A stretch of DNA of 64,000 bases from Eledone cirrhosa (Eukaryota), in contig OZ024741.1 of assembly GCA_964016885.1 (NCBI GenBank), forward strand, positions 352,532,001-352,596,000, in the 5' to 3' direction. The notes beneath the pieces were generated by a model. The model did not search any database. It was given only the letters and a program-made list of their open reading frames with translations, and was not told the DNA's origin. Shown piece after piece: positions 36,323-51,340 of this stretch (positions are counted from its first letter, which is position 1; the number at the start of each line of letters is the position of its first letter). The translations under genes and the position numbers were made by a program.

Positions 36323-36414
<92 letters not shown>

Positions 36415-36426
36415 TATATATATATT

Positions 36427-36459
<33 letters not shown>

Positions 36460-36648
36460 TTATATATATATTTATATATATATATTTATATATTTATATA
36501 TATATTTATATATTTATATATATATTTATATATATATATTTATATATATATATTTATATATATATTTATATATATATATTTATATATATATATTTATATA
36601 TATATTTATATATATATTTATATATATATATATATTTATATATATATT

Positions 36649-36739
<91 letters not shown>

Positions 36740-36744
36740 ATATT

Positions 36745-38864
36745 TATCCGGAATGATAAAGGTGAGCTTGCCCTCACAAGTGCTGAGAAGAAAGATGCAT
36801 GGAAGAGTCATTATGATAGATTACTAAATGAGGAGAATGCATGGGAAGAAGAGACCCTACCCCACGTAGACCCTATAGAGGGACCAGCAGTACAAGTCAG
36901 CGGCAGCGTAGTAAGTAAGGCAATCAGAGATATGAAGATAGGGAAGGCAACCGGTCCATCGGGTATAGCTGCCGAGATGCTGAAGGCATCTGGGTCTGTA
37001 GGTCACACTATAACCACACGTATCGTTAACCAGGTAATACTAGAGGGGGCCATACCAAAAGATTGGTGCAGTAGCATCATTGTCAACTGCTACAAAGGTA
37101 AAGGCGATGCACTAGATAGAGGAAACTATAGAGGTATAAAGTTGATGGACCAGGTCATGAAAGTAACAGAAAGAGTTATAGCACAGCTGATTAGGGACCG
37201 GGTGAATATAGACGAGATGCAATTTGGGTTTGTACCAGGGAAAGGCACCACTGATGCGCTCTTCCTTGTGAGGCAATTACAGGAAAAGTACCTAGCTAAA
37301 AGTAAGCCACTCTACTTGGCATTTGTCGACCTTGAGAAAGCCTTTGACAGAGTTCCACGTGCAGTAATCTGGTGGGCTCTTAGAAAACTAGGAGTAGATG
37401 AATGGCTTGTGAAAGCGGTACAAGCCATGTATAGGGGAGCAGTCAGCAAAGTTAGGATTGGCAATGAGTATAGCGAGGAATTTAGCGTACAGGTTGGGGT
37501 CCACCAGGGCTCTGTTCTTAGCCCTCTCCTGTTCATCATAGTCCTGCAGGCAATAACGGAGGAGTTTAAGACCGGATGCCCATGGGAACTCCTGTATGCT
37601 GATGACCTCGCACTCATAGCTGAATCTATGGTAGAACTAGAGAATAAATTCCAAACCTGGAAGCAGGGACTAGAGAGAAAGGGCCTCAAAGTCAACATGA
37701 CAAAGACTAAGGTCCTTATAAGTAGACGAGAAAACAGAACCCAGATCCCCTCAGGGAAATGGCCTTGCTCAGTATGTAGGAAAGGTGTAGGTAGGAACTC
37801 CATTCTTTGCCCCAAATGCAAACAATGGGTACACAAGAGATGTAGCGGGATCTCAGGAAGCTTAATTAAGAATGTAGGATTCACATGCAGCAGCTGTGCT
37901 GAAACAGCAAGCAAACAGCCACAGGAAACAAGTACCACCAATCTCTGGGAGGGCCCTGTAGAAACAGTAGACAGCTTCTGCTACCTAGGTGACCGAATTA
38001 GCAACGGAGGTGGGTGCTCAGAAAGTACAATAACTAGGGTAAGAACGGGATGGAAGAAGTTTAGGGAACTACTACCACTGCTAGCTGCAAAAGGCTTCTC
38101 CCTCAGAATGAAAGGCAGACTGTATGATGCGTGTATCCGAACAGCGATGTTGCATGGTAGTGAGACCTGGGCGCTGAAGGTGGAAGACTTACGTAGATTA
38201 GAGAGAAACGAAGCCTGCATGCTCCGATGGATGTGTAACAGTAATATACGTGAACGACAAAGCATAAATGAATTGAGAGAGAGACTGAGCATAAGAGGAA
38301 TCAAATGCTGCGTGCAGGAGAGGCGGTTACGCTGGTATGGACATGTGATGCGTATGAAGGATGACAGCTGCATAAAAAGGTGCAGAGCACTAGAAGTTGA
38401 TGGAAACCGCGGAGTGGGGAGACCCAAGATGACTTGGGATGAGGTGATAAAAGCCGACCTTACCCAACTACACCTCTCAAAGTCAATGACACACGACCGT
38501 GACTTCTGGCGTCACGCAGTAATACAGGGTACCCGACCTCCCATGAGTACATGCTGAAGCATATAAACAATATGCCCCCCCCCCCCCCCCCCCACCGCAA
38601 GGTGGTCGTGGAGGTGCCACGGCAAAAAAGCACCCAGCCCACACTGTCAAGTGGACGTGTAGGCGCCACGAAAAAGCACCCAGCACTCACTGTAAATGAG
38701 GTTGGTGTTAGGAAGGGCATCCAGCTGTAGAAATCAAGCCAGATCAGTTCCTGTATGAGCAAGGCATGGTCAGCCGACCAGACACTGCCCACAACAGGAC
38801 AACCCGTCTAACCCATGCTAGTGTGGAAGAACGGACGTAAAACGGTGATGATGATGATGATGAT
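36745..38864 (+). mobile_element. RTE LINE subfamily B, 5'-truncated (copy B1)
   Basis: Open RT-PHD frame to the stop at 38557, then 3'UTR and (GAT)n tail; both flanks (TA)n. Confidence 0.95.
36746..38557 (+). CDS. RTE reverse transcriptase and PHD finger, 5'-truncated
   Basis: IRNDKGEL...YADDL...CSVC..CPKC..HKRC..CSSC...RRLRWYGH. The upstream IY-rich part of the 806-aa ORF is microsatellite read-through. Confidence 0.85.
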   Translation: MRNDKGELALTSAEKKDAWKSHYDRLLNEENAWEEETLPHVDPIEGPAVQVSGSVVSKAIRDMKIGKATGPSGIAAEMLKASGSVGHTITTRIVNQVILEGAIPKDWCSSIIVNCYKGKGDALDRGNYRGIKLMDQVMKVTERVIAQLIRDRVNIDEMQFGFVPGKGTTDALFLVRQLQEKYLAKSKPLYLAFVDLEKAFDRVPRAVIWWALRKLGVDEWLVKAVQAMYRGAVSKVRIGNEYSEEFSVQVGVHQGSVLSPLLFIIVLQAITEEFKTGCPWELLYADDLALIAESMVELENKFQTWKQGLERKGLKVNMTKTKVLISRRENRTQIPSGKWPCSVCRKGVGRNSILCPKCKQWVHKRCSGISGSLIKNVGFTCSSCAETASKQPQETSTTNLWEGPVETVDSFCYLGDRISNGGGCSESTITRVRTGWKKFRELLPLLAAKGFSLRMKGRLYDACIRTAMLHGSETWALKVEDLRRLERNEACMLRWMCNSNIRERQSINELRERLSIRGIKCCVQERRLRWYGHVMRMKDDSCIKRCRALEVDGNRGVGRPKMTWDEVIKADLTQLHLSKSMTHDRDFWRHAVIQGTRPPMSTC

Positions 38865-38897
38865 ATTTATATATATATTTATATTTATATATATATT

Positions 38898-38990
<93 letters not shown>

Positions 38991-38992
38991 TT

Positions 38993-39025
<33 letters not shown>

Positions 39026-39027
39026 TT

Positions 39028-39095
<68 letters not shown>

Positions 39096-39143
39096 AATAT
39101 ATATATAAATAAATATATATATATATAATATATATAAATATAT

Positions 39144-39198
<55 letters not shown>

Positions 39199-39221
39199 AA
39201 TATATATATTTATATATATAT

Positions 39222-39291
<70 letters not shown>

Positions 39292-39335
39292 TATATATAT
39301 ATATATTTATTTATATATATATATATTTATATATT

Positions 39336-39366
<31 letters not shown>

Positions 39367-39383
39367 TTATATATTTATATATA

Positions 39384-39428
<45 letters not shown>

Positions 39429-39497
39429 TTATATATATATTTATATATATATTTATATATATATTTATATATATATTTATATATATATTTATATATA

Positions 39498-39544
<47 letters not shown>

Positions 39545-39697
39545 ATATTTATTTATATATATATATATTTATTTATATATATATATATTTATATATATAT
39601 ATATATTTATTTATATATATATATATTTATTTATATATATATATATTTATTTATATATATATATATTTATATATATATATATATTTATATATATATT

Positions 39698-39728
<31 letters not shown>

Positions 39729-39779
39729 ATTTATATATATATATATTTATATATATATATATTTATATATATATATATT

Positions 39780-39828
<49 letters not shown>

Positions 39829-39837
39829 ATATTTATA

Positions 39838-39890
<53 letters not shown>

Positions 39891-39895
39891 ATATA

Positions 39896-40036
<141 letters not shown>

Positions 40037-40039
40037 ATT

Positions 40040-40078
<39 letters not shown>

Positions 40079-40109
40079 ATTTATATATATATATATTTAT
40101 ATATATATA

Positions 40110-40212
<103 letters not shown>

Positions 40213-40215
40213 ATT

Positions 40216-40310
<95 letters not shown>

Positions 40311-40313
40311 ATT

Positions 40314-40352
<39 letters not shown>

Positions 40353-40355
40353 ATT

Positions 40356-40386
<31 letters not shown>

Positions 40387-40487
40387 TTATATATATATAT
40401 ATTTATATATATATATATTTATATATATATTTATATATATATTTATATATATATATATTTATATATATATATATTTATATATATATT

Positions 40488-40520
<33 letters not shown>

Positions 40521-40586
40521 ATATTTATATATATTTATATATATTTATATATATATATATTTATATATATATATATATTTATATAT

Positions 40587-41732
40587 ATCATCATCATCGT
40601 TTAACGTCCGTGTTCCATGCTTGCATGGGTTTGGACGGGAGTTTTCCCACTTGAGGCAAGAGTGGTTGTCTTGCTCGCATAGGACTGTCTGGCGGGTTTT
40701 CTACAGTTGGATGCCCTTCCTAACACTAACCACATTTACAGTGTGGGGCTGGGAGGTTTTTACCGTGTTGCCTACACGGCCACATTACAGCGTGGACTGT
40801 GTGTTTTTTTGTCGTGACACCTACACGATCTCACTTGTTTCGGCCTGGATGGCGCAGCACCAACATAACTTTACATAGAACGGGGTGGTGTGGATGGGGT
40901 GGGGGGTGGTGGCGGGACTGGGTGTGGGGTGGTGTGGATGGGGTGGGGGGTGGTGGCGGGACGGGGTGTAATTTGTTAGAGATGCCTACGGGCAAGGCGG
41001 GTCTTCTCTGTTACTGAGTACCGCCAAAGGTCTCGGTCCAGTGACATTGTCTTGGAGAGGTGTAAGTGTGTGAGGTCGGAGTTTATCAGCTCGTCCCAGG
41101 TTTTTCTAGGTCTGCCTATTCCGTGGCTACCGTCTATCTTTATTGCCCTGCACTTTGTTATACAGCTATCGACTTTCATGCGCATCACGTGTCCATACCA
41201 ACGTAGCCTTCTCTCGAGTAAACAACATCTGATCCCTCTTATCTCTAATATTTTCCTTAGTTCGTTTATGCTTTGCCGTTCGCGTATATTACTGTTACAC
41301 ATCCAGCGGAGCATGCAAGCTTCGCTCCTCTCTAGTCTGCGTATATCCTCTTCACACAATGCCCAGGTCTCACTGCCATGCAACATTGCTGTTCGTATGC
41401 AGGCATCGTACAACCTGCCTTTCATTTTTAGGGAGAACCCTTTAGCAGCTAATAGTGGTATAAGCTCTCTGAACATTTTCCAACCAGTTCTGACTCTAGC
41501 TACAGTACTTTCAGAGCACCCTCCCCCACTGCTGATTTTATCGCCCAGGTAACGGAAGCTGTCCACTATTTCTATAGAACCCTCTGTGCAATTGAAAGAG
41601 CTAGTATTTTGTGGGCACTTGCTGCTACTTATTGCACCAGAACACCGGCCACATGTAAAATCTATGTTCTTAGTTAGCTTACCTGTGATCCCACTACATC
41701 TTTTATGCACCCATACTTTGCATTTAGGACAT
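40587..41732 (-). mobile_element. RTE LINE subfamily A, 5'-truncated (copy A2)
   Basis: Highly similar to the 3' part of A1; ORF 40976..41710; (GAT)n tail; (TA)n flanks. Confidence 0.95.
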
Positions 41733-41733
41733 T

Positions 41734-41906
<173 letters not shown>

Positions 41907-41917
41907 ATACATATATT

Positions 41918-41956
<39 letters not shown>

Positions 41957-41967
41957 ATACATATATT

Positions 41968-42096
<129 letters not shown>

Positions 42097-42100
42097 ATAT

Positions 42101-42179
42101 ATGTTTCTCGTTTCTTACAACGAACTCTTTCAAAACATTTTTTGTTTTGAAAGTGTTCGTTGTAAGAAACGAGAAACAT
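42101..42179. repeat. Fold-back palindrome (37-bp arms, one mismatch, T5 loop) in (TA)n
   Basis: atgtttctcgtttcttacaacgaactctttcaaaaca / tgttttgaaagtgttcgttgtaagaaacgagaaacat. Confidence 0.9.
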
Positions 42180-42191
42180 ATATATATATAT

Positions 42192-42784
42192 TGGTGAAAT
42201 GCGACAGTTAATTGATGCGTGAGAGAAAAAGTATGTCTGTGCGAATTCCACATGTGCGTGTGTGCGTGTCCTTGAGTATTTTCATAGTTTGTCGCTAAAT
42301 TTGCTGTGTATTCGTAATGTTACTCACAAAACCAGATGTGCTATTTTTTTCTTTTTTTGGGGGTGACCACTTATAGCGATGAACGGCTGCGTGTTCGTAT
42401 CACGTCGGGGTCACCAACATAGCGAGGATACTGGGTTGTATGAATGTAACAAAACGAGACAATGTTTGTGTATATAATATTTAATTAACGGTAGATAGAA
42501 TACTTGACATGTCAAAGATAGATGTTAGAATGAAACAAAGTTAGTAGTTACCGTTTTGATTGCCAGGCAAACGCGGCTGGCAGAGGGCGCCTGGCTAAGG
42601 CCAGGCGCCTGTTGGCCAAATTAATGGCAGAGCCAAATGAGAGGCTCTTCGACCTGGTGCCGAAAAGGCAAAGAGAGAAAGGAAGCTTAAAGTTGTTAGT
42701 TTTATAGGGCTCTGACCGGAAGTTGCAGAAAGGGTTCCACTTCCCGTCTAGATCCTAATCAAAACAAGGGAGACAACCGCTACA
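42192..42784 (-). mobile_element. LTR retrotransposon fragment: LTR (~42417..42784), PBS and leader
   Basis: Minus strand begins TGTAGCG, has TATAAAA near 42700 and ATTAAA near 42480, ends cgctatgt, then TGGTGACCCCGACGTGAT. Confidence 0.75.
42385..42416 (-). promoter_or_regulatory. tRNA-Trp primer-binding site with extension
   Basis: Plus strand ggctgcgtgttcgtatcacgtcggggtcacca matches the 3' 32 nt of metazoan tRNA-Trp including CCA, recalled from the conserved sequence. Confidence 0.8.
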
Positions 42785-42816
42785 TATATATATTTATATA
42801 TATATTTATATATATT

Positions 42817-42935
<119 letters not shown>

Positions 42936-42974
42936 ATATTTATATATATATTTATATATATATTTATATATATT

Positions 42975-43040
<66 letters not shown>

Positions 43041-43050
43041 TATATATATT

Positions 43051-43081
<31 letters not shown>

Positions 43082-43121
43082 ATTTATATATATATATATT
43101 TATATATATATATATTTATAT

Positions 43122-43455
43122 ATGGGTACATGGGTACATGGGTACATGCTGAAGCATATAAACAATATGCCCCCCCCCCCCCCCACCGCAAGGTGGTCGT
43201 GGAGGTGCCACGGCAAAAAAGCACCCAGCCCACACTGTAAAGTGGACGTGTAGGCGCCACGAAAAAGCACCCAGCACTCACTGTAAATGAGGTTGGTGTT
43301 AGGAAGGGCATCCAGCTGTAGAAATCAAGCCAGATCAGTTCCTGTATGAGCAAGGCATGGTCAGCCGACCAGACACTGCCCACAACAGGACAACCCGTCT
43401 AACCCATGCTAGCGTGGAAGAACGGACGTAAAACGGTGATGATGATGATGATGAT
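43122..43455 (+). mobile_element. RTE subfamily B, 3'UTR-only copy (B3)
   Basis: Nearly identical to the 3' end of B1 and B2; (GAT)n tail. Confidence 0.93.
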
Positions 43456-43494
43456 ATATATATATATTTATATATATTTATATATATATATATT

Positions 43495-43543
<49 letters not shown>

Positions 43544-43563
43544 ATATTTATATATTTATATAT

Positions 43564-46151
43564 ATCATCATCATCATCATCACCGTTTTACGTCCGTTCT
43601 TCCACGCTAGCATGGGTTAGACGGGTTGTCCTGTTGTGGGCAGTGTCTGGTCGGCTGACCATGCCTTGCTCATACAGGAACTGATCTGGCTTGATTTCTA
43701 CAGCTGGATGCCCTTCCTAACACCAACCTCATTTACAGTGAGTGCTGGGTGCTTTTTCGTGGCGCCTACACGTCCACTTTACAGTGTGGGCTGGGTGCTT
43801 TTTTGCCGTGGCACCTCCACGACCACCTTGCGGTGGGGGGGGGGGGCATATTGTTTATATGCTTCAGCATGTACCCATGGGAGGTCGGGTACCCTGTATT
43901 ACTGCGTGACGCCAGAAGTCACGGTCGTGTGTCATTGACTTTGAGAGGTGTAGTTGGGTAAGGTCGGCTCTTATCACCTCATCCCAAGTCATCTTGGGTC
44001 TCCCCACTCCGCGGTTTCCATCAACTTCTAGTGCTCTGCACCTTTTTATGCAGCTGTCATCCTTCATACGCATCACATGTCCATACCAGCGTAACCGCCT
44101 CTCCTGCACGCAGCATTTGATTCCTCTTATGCTCAGTCTCTCTCTCAATTCATTTATGCTTTGTCGTTCACGTATATTACTGTTACACATCCATCGGAGC
44201 ATGCAGGCTTCGTTTCTCTCTAATCTACGTAAGTCTTCCACCTTCAGCGCCCAGGTCTCACTACCATGCAACATCGCTGTTCGGATACACGCATCATACA
44301 GTCTGCCTTTCATTCTGAGGGAGAAGCCTTTTGCAGCTAGCAGTGGTAGTAGTTCCCTAAACTTCTTCCATCCCGTTCTTACCCTAGTTATTGTACTTTC
44401 TGAGCACCCACCTCCGTTGCTAATTCGGTCACCTAGGTAGCAGAAGCTGTCTACTGTTTCTACAGGGCCCTCCCAGAGATTGGTGGTACTTGTTTCCTGT
44501 GGCTGTTTGCTTGCTGTTTCAGCACAGCTGCTGCATGTGAATCCTACATTCTTAATTAAGCTTCCTGAGATCCCGCTACATCTCTTGTGTACCCATTGTT
44601 TGCATTTGGGGCAAAGAATGGAGTTCCTACCTACACCTTTCCTACATACTGAGCAAGGCCATTTCCCTGAGGGGATCTGGGTTCTGTTTTCTCGTCTACT
44701 TATAAGGACCTTAGTCTTTGTCATGTTGACTTTGAGGCCCTTTCTCTCTAGTCCCTGCTTCCAGGTTTGGAATTTATTCTCTAGTTCTACCATAGATTCA
44801 GCTATGAGTGCGAGGTCATCAGCATACAGGAGTTCCCATGGGCATCCGGTCTTAAACTCCTCCGTTATTGCCTGCAGGACTATGATGAACAGGAGAGGGC
44901 TAAGAACAGAGCCCTGGTGGACCCCAACCTGTACGCTAAATTCCTCGCTATACTCATTGCCAATCCTAACTTTGCTGACTGCTCCCCTATACATGGCTTG
45001 TACCGCTTTCACAAGCCATTCATCTACTCCTAGTTTTCTAAGAGCCCACCAGATTACTGCACGTGGAACTCTGTCAAAGGCTTTCTCAAGGTCGACAAAT
45101 GCCAAGTAGAGTGGCTTACTTTTAGCTAGGTACTTTTCCTGTAATTGCCTCACAAGGAAGAGCGCATCAGTGGTGCCTTTCCCTGGAACAAACCCAAATT
45201 GCATCTCGTCTATATTCACCCGGTCCCTAATCAGCTGTGCTATAACTCTTTCTGTTACTTTCATGACCTGGTCCATCAACTTTATACCTCTATAGTTTCC
45301 TCTATCTAGTGCATCGCCTTTACCTTTGTAGCAGTTGACAATGATGCTACTGCACCAATCTTTTGGTATGGCCCCCTCTAGTATTACCTGGTTAACGATA
45401 CGTGTGGTTATAGTGTGACCTACAGACCCAGATGCCTTCAGCATCTCGGCAGCTATACCCGATGGACCGGTTGCCTTCCCTATCTTCATATCTCTGATTG
45501 CCTTACTTACTACGCTGCCGCTGACTTGTACTGCTGGTCCCTCTATAGGGTCTACGTGGGGTAGGGTCTCTTCTTCCCATGCATTCTCCTCATTTAGTAA
45601 TCTATCATAATGACTCTTCCATGCATCTTTCTTCTCAGCACTTGTGAGGGCAAGCTCACCTTTATCATTCCGGATACACTTCTCTCCAATGACATCACAA
45701 CTATCTCTGACACACTGCCTCGCAATCTTGAATACCTCCTGTTTCTGGTCCTCACGTTGTAAAACATGCTTGAATTTTCTATCCTCTGCTTCCCTCCTAG
45801 CTAAGTATACTTGTCGCCTAGCTTCCCTCTTGGTCTCTATGTAATGTACCCTGCTCCCCCCGTTCTTCCATTCTTTCCATGCCTGTCTCTTGGCCTTGAC
45901 TGCTTCATCTACCTTATTGTTCCACCACCAAGTCACTCTCCTCCTGCTTGAGGTCTTACTCCAGCCACAAACCTCATCCGTCGCCTCTAGTAAGTTATTT
46001 TTTAGGAACTCCCAGTTCTCTTCTACGTTAAATGTCTCTATCTGTTCTTCTTTACTGTCGTAGGCGTTGAGTAAAATATCTTTAAATCTGTTACTGGTTG
46101 AGGGGACTTTCAGCTTCCAGATCTTTCTTCTCCAAGATCTTTCTTCTCCAG
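43564..46151 (-). mobile_element. RTE LINE subfamily B, 5'-truncated (copy B2)
   Basis: Nearly identical to B1 over the shared length, extends ~470 bp further 5'; (GAT)n tail; (TA)n flanks. Confidence 0.95.
43864..45936 (-). CDS. RTE reverse transcriptase and PHD finger, 5'-truncated
   Basis: 690-aa open frame with all RT motifs and the C4HC3 motif. Confidence 0.88.
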   Translation of the reverse strand: MTWWWNNKVDEAVKAKRQAWKEWKNGGSRVHYIETKREARRQVYLARREAEDRKFKHVLQREDQKQEVFKIARQCVRDSCDVIGEKCIRNDKGELALTSAEKKDAWKSHYDRLLNEENAWEEETLPHVDPIEGPAVQVSGSVVSKAIRDMKIGKATGPSGIAAEMLKASGSVGHTITTRIVNQVILEGAIPKDWCSSIIVNCYKGKGDALDRGNYRGIKLMDQVMKVTERVIAQLIRDRVNIDEMQFGFVPGKGTTDALFLVRQLQEKYLAKSKPLYLAFVDLEKAFDRVPRAVIWWALRKLGVDEWLVKAVQAMYRGAVSKVRIGNEYSEEFSVQVGVHQGSVLSPLLFIIVLQAITEEFKTGCPWELLYADDLALIAESMVELENKFQTWKQGLERKGLKVNMTKTKVLISRRENRTQIPSGKWPCSVCRKGVGRNSILCPKCKQWVHKRCSGISGSLIKNVGFTCSSCAETASKQPQETSTTNLWEGPVETVDSFCYLGDRISNGGGCSESTITRVRTGWKKFRELLPLLAAKGFSLRMKGRLYDACIRTAMLHGSETWALKVEDLRRLERNEACMLRWMCNSNIRERQSINELRERLSIRGIKCCVQERRLRWYGHVMRMKDDSCIKRCRALEVDGNRGVGRPKMTWDEVIRADLTQLHLSKSMTHDRDFWRHAVIQGTRPPMGTC

Positions 46152-46187
46152 TATATATATATATATTTATATATATTTATATATATT

Positions 46188-46513
<326 letters not shown>

Positions 46514-46538
46514 AATATATATAAATATATATATATAG

Positions 46539-46732
<194 letters not shown>

Positions 46733-46761
46733 AATATATATATAAATATATAAAAATATAT

Positions 46762-46926
<165 letters not shown>

Positions 46927-46952
46927 AATATATATTATATATATAAATATAT

Positions 46953-47017
<65 letters not shown>

Positions 47018-47030
47018 TATATATATATAA

Positions 47031-47111
<81 letters not shown>

Positions 47112-47131
47112 AATATATAAATATATATATA

Positions 47132-47171
<40 letters not shown>

Positions 47172-47172
47172 A

Positions 47173-47227
<55 letters not shown>

Positions 47228-47228
47228 A

Positions 47229-47652
<424 letters not shown>

Positions 47653-47697
47653 AATATATATATATATAAATATATATATATATAAATATATATATAT

Positions 47698-47749
<52 letters not shown>

Positions 47750-47780
47750 TATATATATATAAATATATATATATATAAAT

Positions 47781-47901
<121 letters not shown>

Positions 47902-47932
47902 TATATATATATAAATATATATATATATAAAT

Positions 47933-47969
<37 letters not shown>

Positions 47970-47970
47970 A

Positions 47971-48065
<95 letters not shown>

Positions 48066-48093
48066 TATATATAAATATATATATAAATATATA

Positions 48094-49813
48094 TACTTAG
48101 CTTTTGTCGACTTGGAGAAAGCCTTCGACAGAGTCCCCCGTTCCATTATCTGGTGGTCTCTTAGAAAACTAGGTGTTGACGAATGGCTTGTGAGAGCTAT
48201 ACAAGCCATGTATAAAGAAACAGTCAGTAAGGTTAGAATTAACAACGAATATAGTGAAGAGTTTAGCGTAAAAGTTGGTGTCCATCAGGGCTCTGTACTT
48301 AGCCCCCTACTATTTATTATTGCCCTTCAGGCTATAACAGAGGAGTTCAAGACCGGCTGCCCATGGGAACTCCTATACGCAGATGATCTAACGCTCATAG
48401 CTGAATCAATGACCGAACTAGAGAAGAAATTCCAAACGTGGAAGCACGGCCTAGAATCAAAAGGCCTTAAAATTAACCTGGCTAAGACTAAAGTTCTAGT
48501 TTGTAGAAAAGAAAATAAGGCGGCGGTCCCATCGGGGAAATGGCCATGCTCAGTGTGTAGGAAAGGCGTAGGTAGAAACTCCATTTTATGTCCCAAATGC
48601 AAAGTATGGGTGCATAAAAGATGTAGTGGGATCACAGGTAAGCTAACTAAGAACATAGATTTTACATGTGGCCGGTGCTCTGGTGCAATAAGTAGCAGCA
48701 AGTGCCCACAAAATACTAGCTCCTTCAACTGCGCAGAGGGTTCTATAGAAATAGTGGACAGCTTCCGTTATCTGGGTGACAAAATCAGCAGTGGGGAGGG
48801 TGCTCTGAAAGTACAGTAGCTAGAGTCAGAACTGGATGGAAAAAGTTCAGAGAGCTTATACCACTATTAGCCGCTAGAGGGTTCTCCCTAAAAATGAAAG
48901 GCAGGTTATACGATGCCTGCATACGAACAGCAATGCTGCATGGCAGTGAGACCTGGGCATTGTGTGCAGAGGATATACGCAGACTAGAGAGGAACGAAGC
49001 TTGCATGCTCCGCTGGATGTGCAATAGTAATATACGTGAACGGCAAAGCATAAACGAACTAAGGAAAAAATTAGAAATAAGAGGGATCAGATGTTGTTTA
49101 CTCAAGAGAAGGCTACGTTGGTACGGTCACGTGATGCGCATGAAAGACGACAGCTGTATAACAAAGTGCAGGGCAATAAAGATAGACGGTAGCCACGGAG
49201 TAGGCAGACCCAGAAAAACATGGGACGAGCTGATAAATTCCGACCTCTCCAAGACAATGTCACTGGACCGAGACCTTTGGCGGTACTCAGTAATAGAGAA
49301 GACCCGCCTTACCTAAATACAAAGTAAAAACCTACTACAGTCAGTAGGCATCTCTATCAAAACACACCCCCGTCCCACCACCTCCACCCCACCCACACCG
49401 CCCCTTTCAATGTAAAGTTATGTTGGTCCCACAACATCCAGGCCGAAACAAATGAGATCGTGTAGGTGTCACGACAAAAAACACACAGTCCACGCTGTAA
49501 ATGTGGCCGTGTAGGCAACACGGTAAAAACCTCCCAGCCCCACACTGTAAATGTGGTTGGTGTTAGGGGCATCCAGCTGTAGAAAACCCGCCAGACAGTC
49601 CACGCTGTAATGTGGCCGTGTAGGCAACACGGTAAAAACCTCCCAGCCCCACACTGTAAATGTGGTTGGTGTTAGGAAGGGCATCCAACTGTAGAAAACC
49701 CGCCAGACAGTCCTATGCGAGCAAGACAACCACTCTTGCCTCAAGTGGGAAAACCCCCGTCCAAACCCATGCAAGCGTGGAACACGGACGCTAAACCTGA
49801 TGATGATGATGAT
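48094..49813 (+). mobile_element. RTE LINE subfamily A, 5'-truncated and frameshifted (copy A3)
   Basis: ORFs 48112..48819 and 48894..49316 match A1. Frameshift near 48795, a 5-codon deletion near the C-terminus, a partly duplicated 3'UTR and a (GAT)n tail. Confidence 0.95.
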
Positions 49814-49984
49814 ATATTTATATATATATATATTTATATATATATATTTATATATATATATATTTATATATATATATATTTATATATATATTTATATATA
49901 TATATATTTATATATTTATTTATATATATATATATTTATATATATATATATTTATATATATATATATTTATATATATATATATT

Positions 49985-50019
<35 letters not shown>

Positions 50020-50372
50020 ATATATTTATATATTTATTTATATATATATATATTTATATATATATATATATTTATATATATAATTATATATATATATATT
50101 TATATATTTATTTATATATATATATATTTATATATTTATTTATATATATATATATTTATATATTTATTTATATATATATATATTTATATATTTATTTATA
50201 TATATATATATATATATTTATTTATATATATATATATATATATTTATTTATATATATATATATATATATTTATTTATATATATATATATTTATATATTTA
50301 TTTATATATATATATATTTATATATATATTTATATATATATTTATATATATATATATTTATATATATATTTA

Positions 50373-50405
<33 letters not shown>

Positions 50406-50514
50406 ATATATATACATTTATATTTATATATATATATATACATTTATATTTATATATATATATATATATATACATATATATTTATATATATATATTTATA
50501 TTTATATATATATT

Positions 50515-50549
<35 letters not shown>

Positions 50550-50584
50550 ATTTATATTTATATTTATATATATATATTTATATT

Positions 50585-50667
<83 letters not shown>

Positions 50668-50670
50668 ATT

Positions 50671-50735
<65 letters not shown>

Positions 50736-50743
50736 ATTATATT

Positions 50744-50774
<31 letters not shown>

Positions 50775-51004
50775 ATATTTATATTTATATATATATTTAT
50801 ATATATATATATTTATATATATATTTATATTTATATATATATTTATATATAATGTGTGTGTATGTATGTATGTAGCTAATAAAGAAACAAAACAAAACAC
50901 AGGAATGCAAAAATAATGTATATGTATGTATATATGTATACGCATGTATATCTCTTTCTCTGTCTGTATATATGTATATTAATGTTTGTTTATTAATGTA
51001 TGTG

Positions 51005-51340
51005 AAGGTGACAAATTGACAATTGTTAGAATGTCAGATAGAATACCTTCTGGTATTCACCTTGGCTCTCTGCTCTGAGTTCAAATCCAACTGATGTCAA
51101 TTTTGCCTTTCATCCTATTGATGTTGATAAACAAAGTACCAGTCTAATACTGGGGTTGATTCTTCCTCTATATCTCTTTCTCATTTCCATTCTCTCACTC
51201 TATCCTTGTCTGGTAGAAATCTGCTGTATTCAGGTTTGGAGAGGAGATGGGTTCCGCCAGGCTTAAGAAATACCCTAGAAGCACCATTATACCACTATGG
51301 TACCCCTATGACTCCCTCGGGAGCTACAGGATCTTGTATG
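51005..51340 (+). mobile_element. tRNA-derived SINE group 2 with long 3' part
   Basis: ctgagttcaaatc..ttttgcctttcatcc..gataa..aagtaccag; the 3' part is shared with 11830-12040, 56110-56320 and 62240-62440. Confidence 0.65.

Noticed and set aside
36137-36744. N-terminal extension of the 806-aa ORF fused to the RT
   Set aside because: Chance read-through from the family B element and TA repeat into a truncated RTE.
42360-42416. tRNA-Trp gene
   Set aside because: Only the 3' 32 nt match, CCA is encoded, and it abuts an LTR, so it is a primer-binding site.
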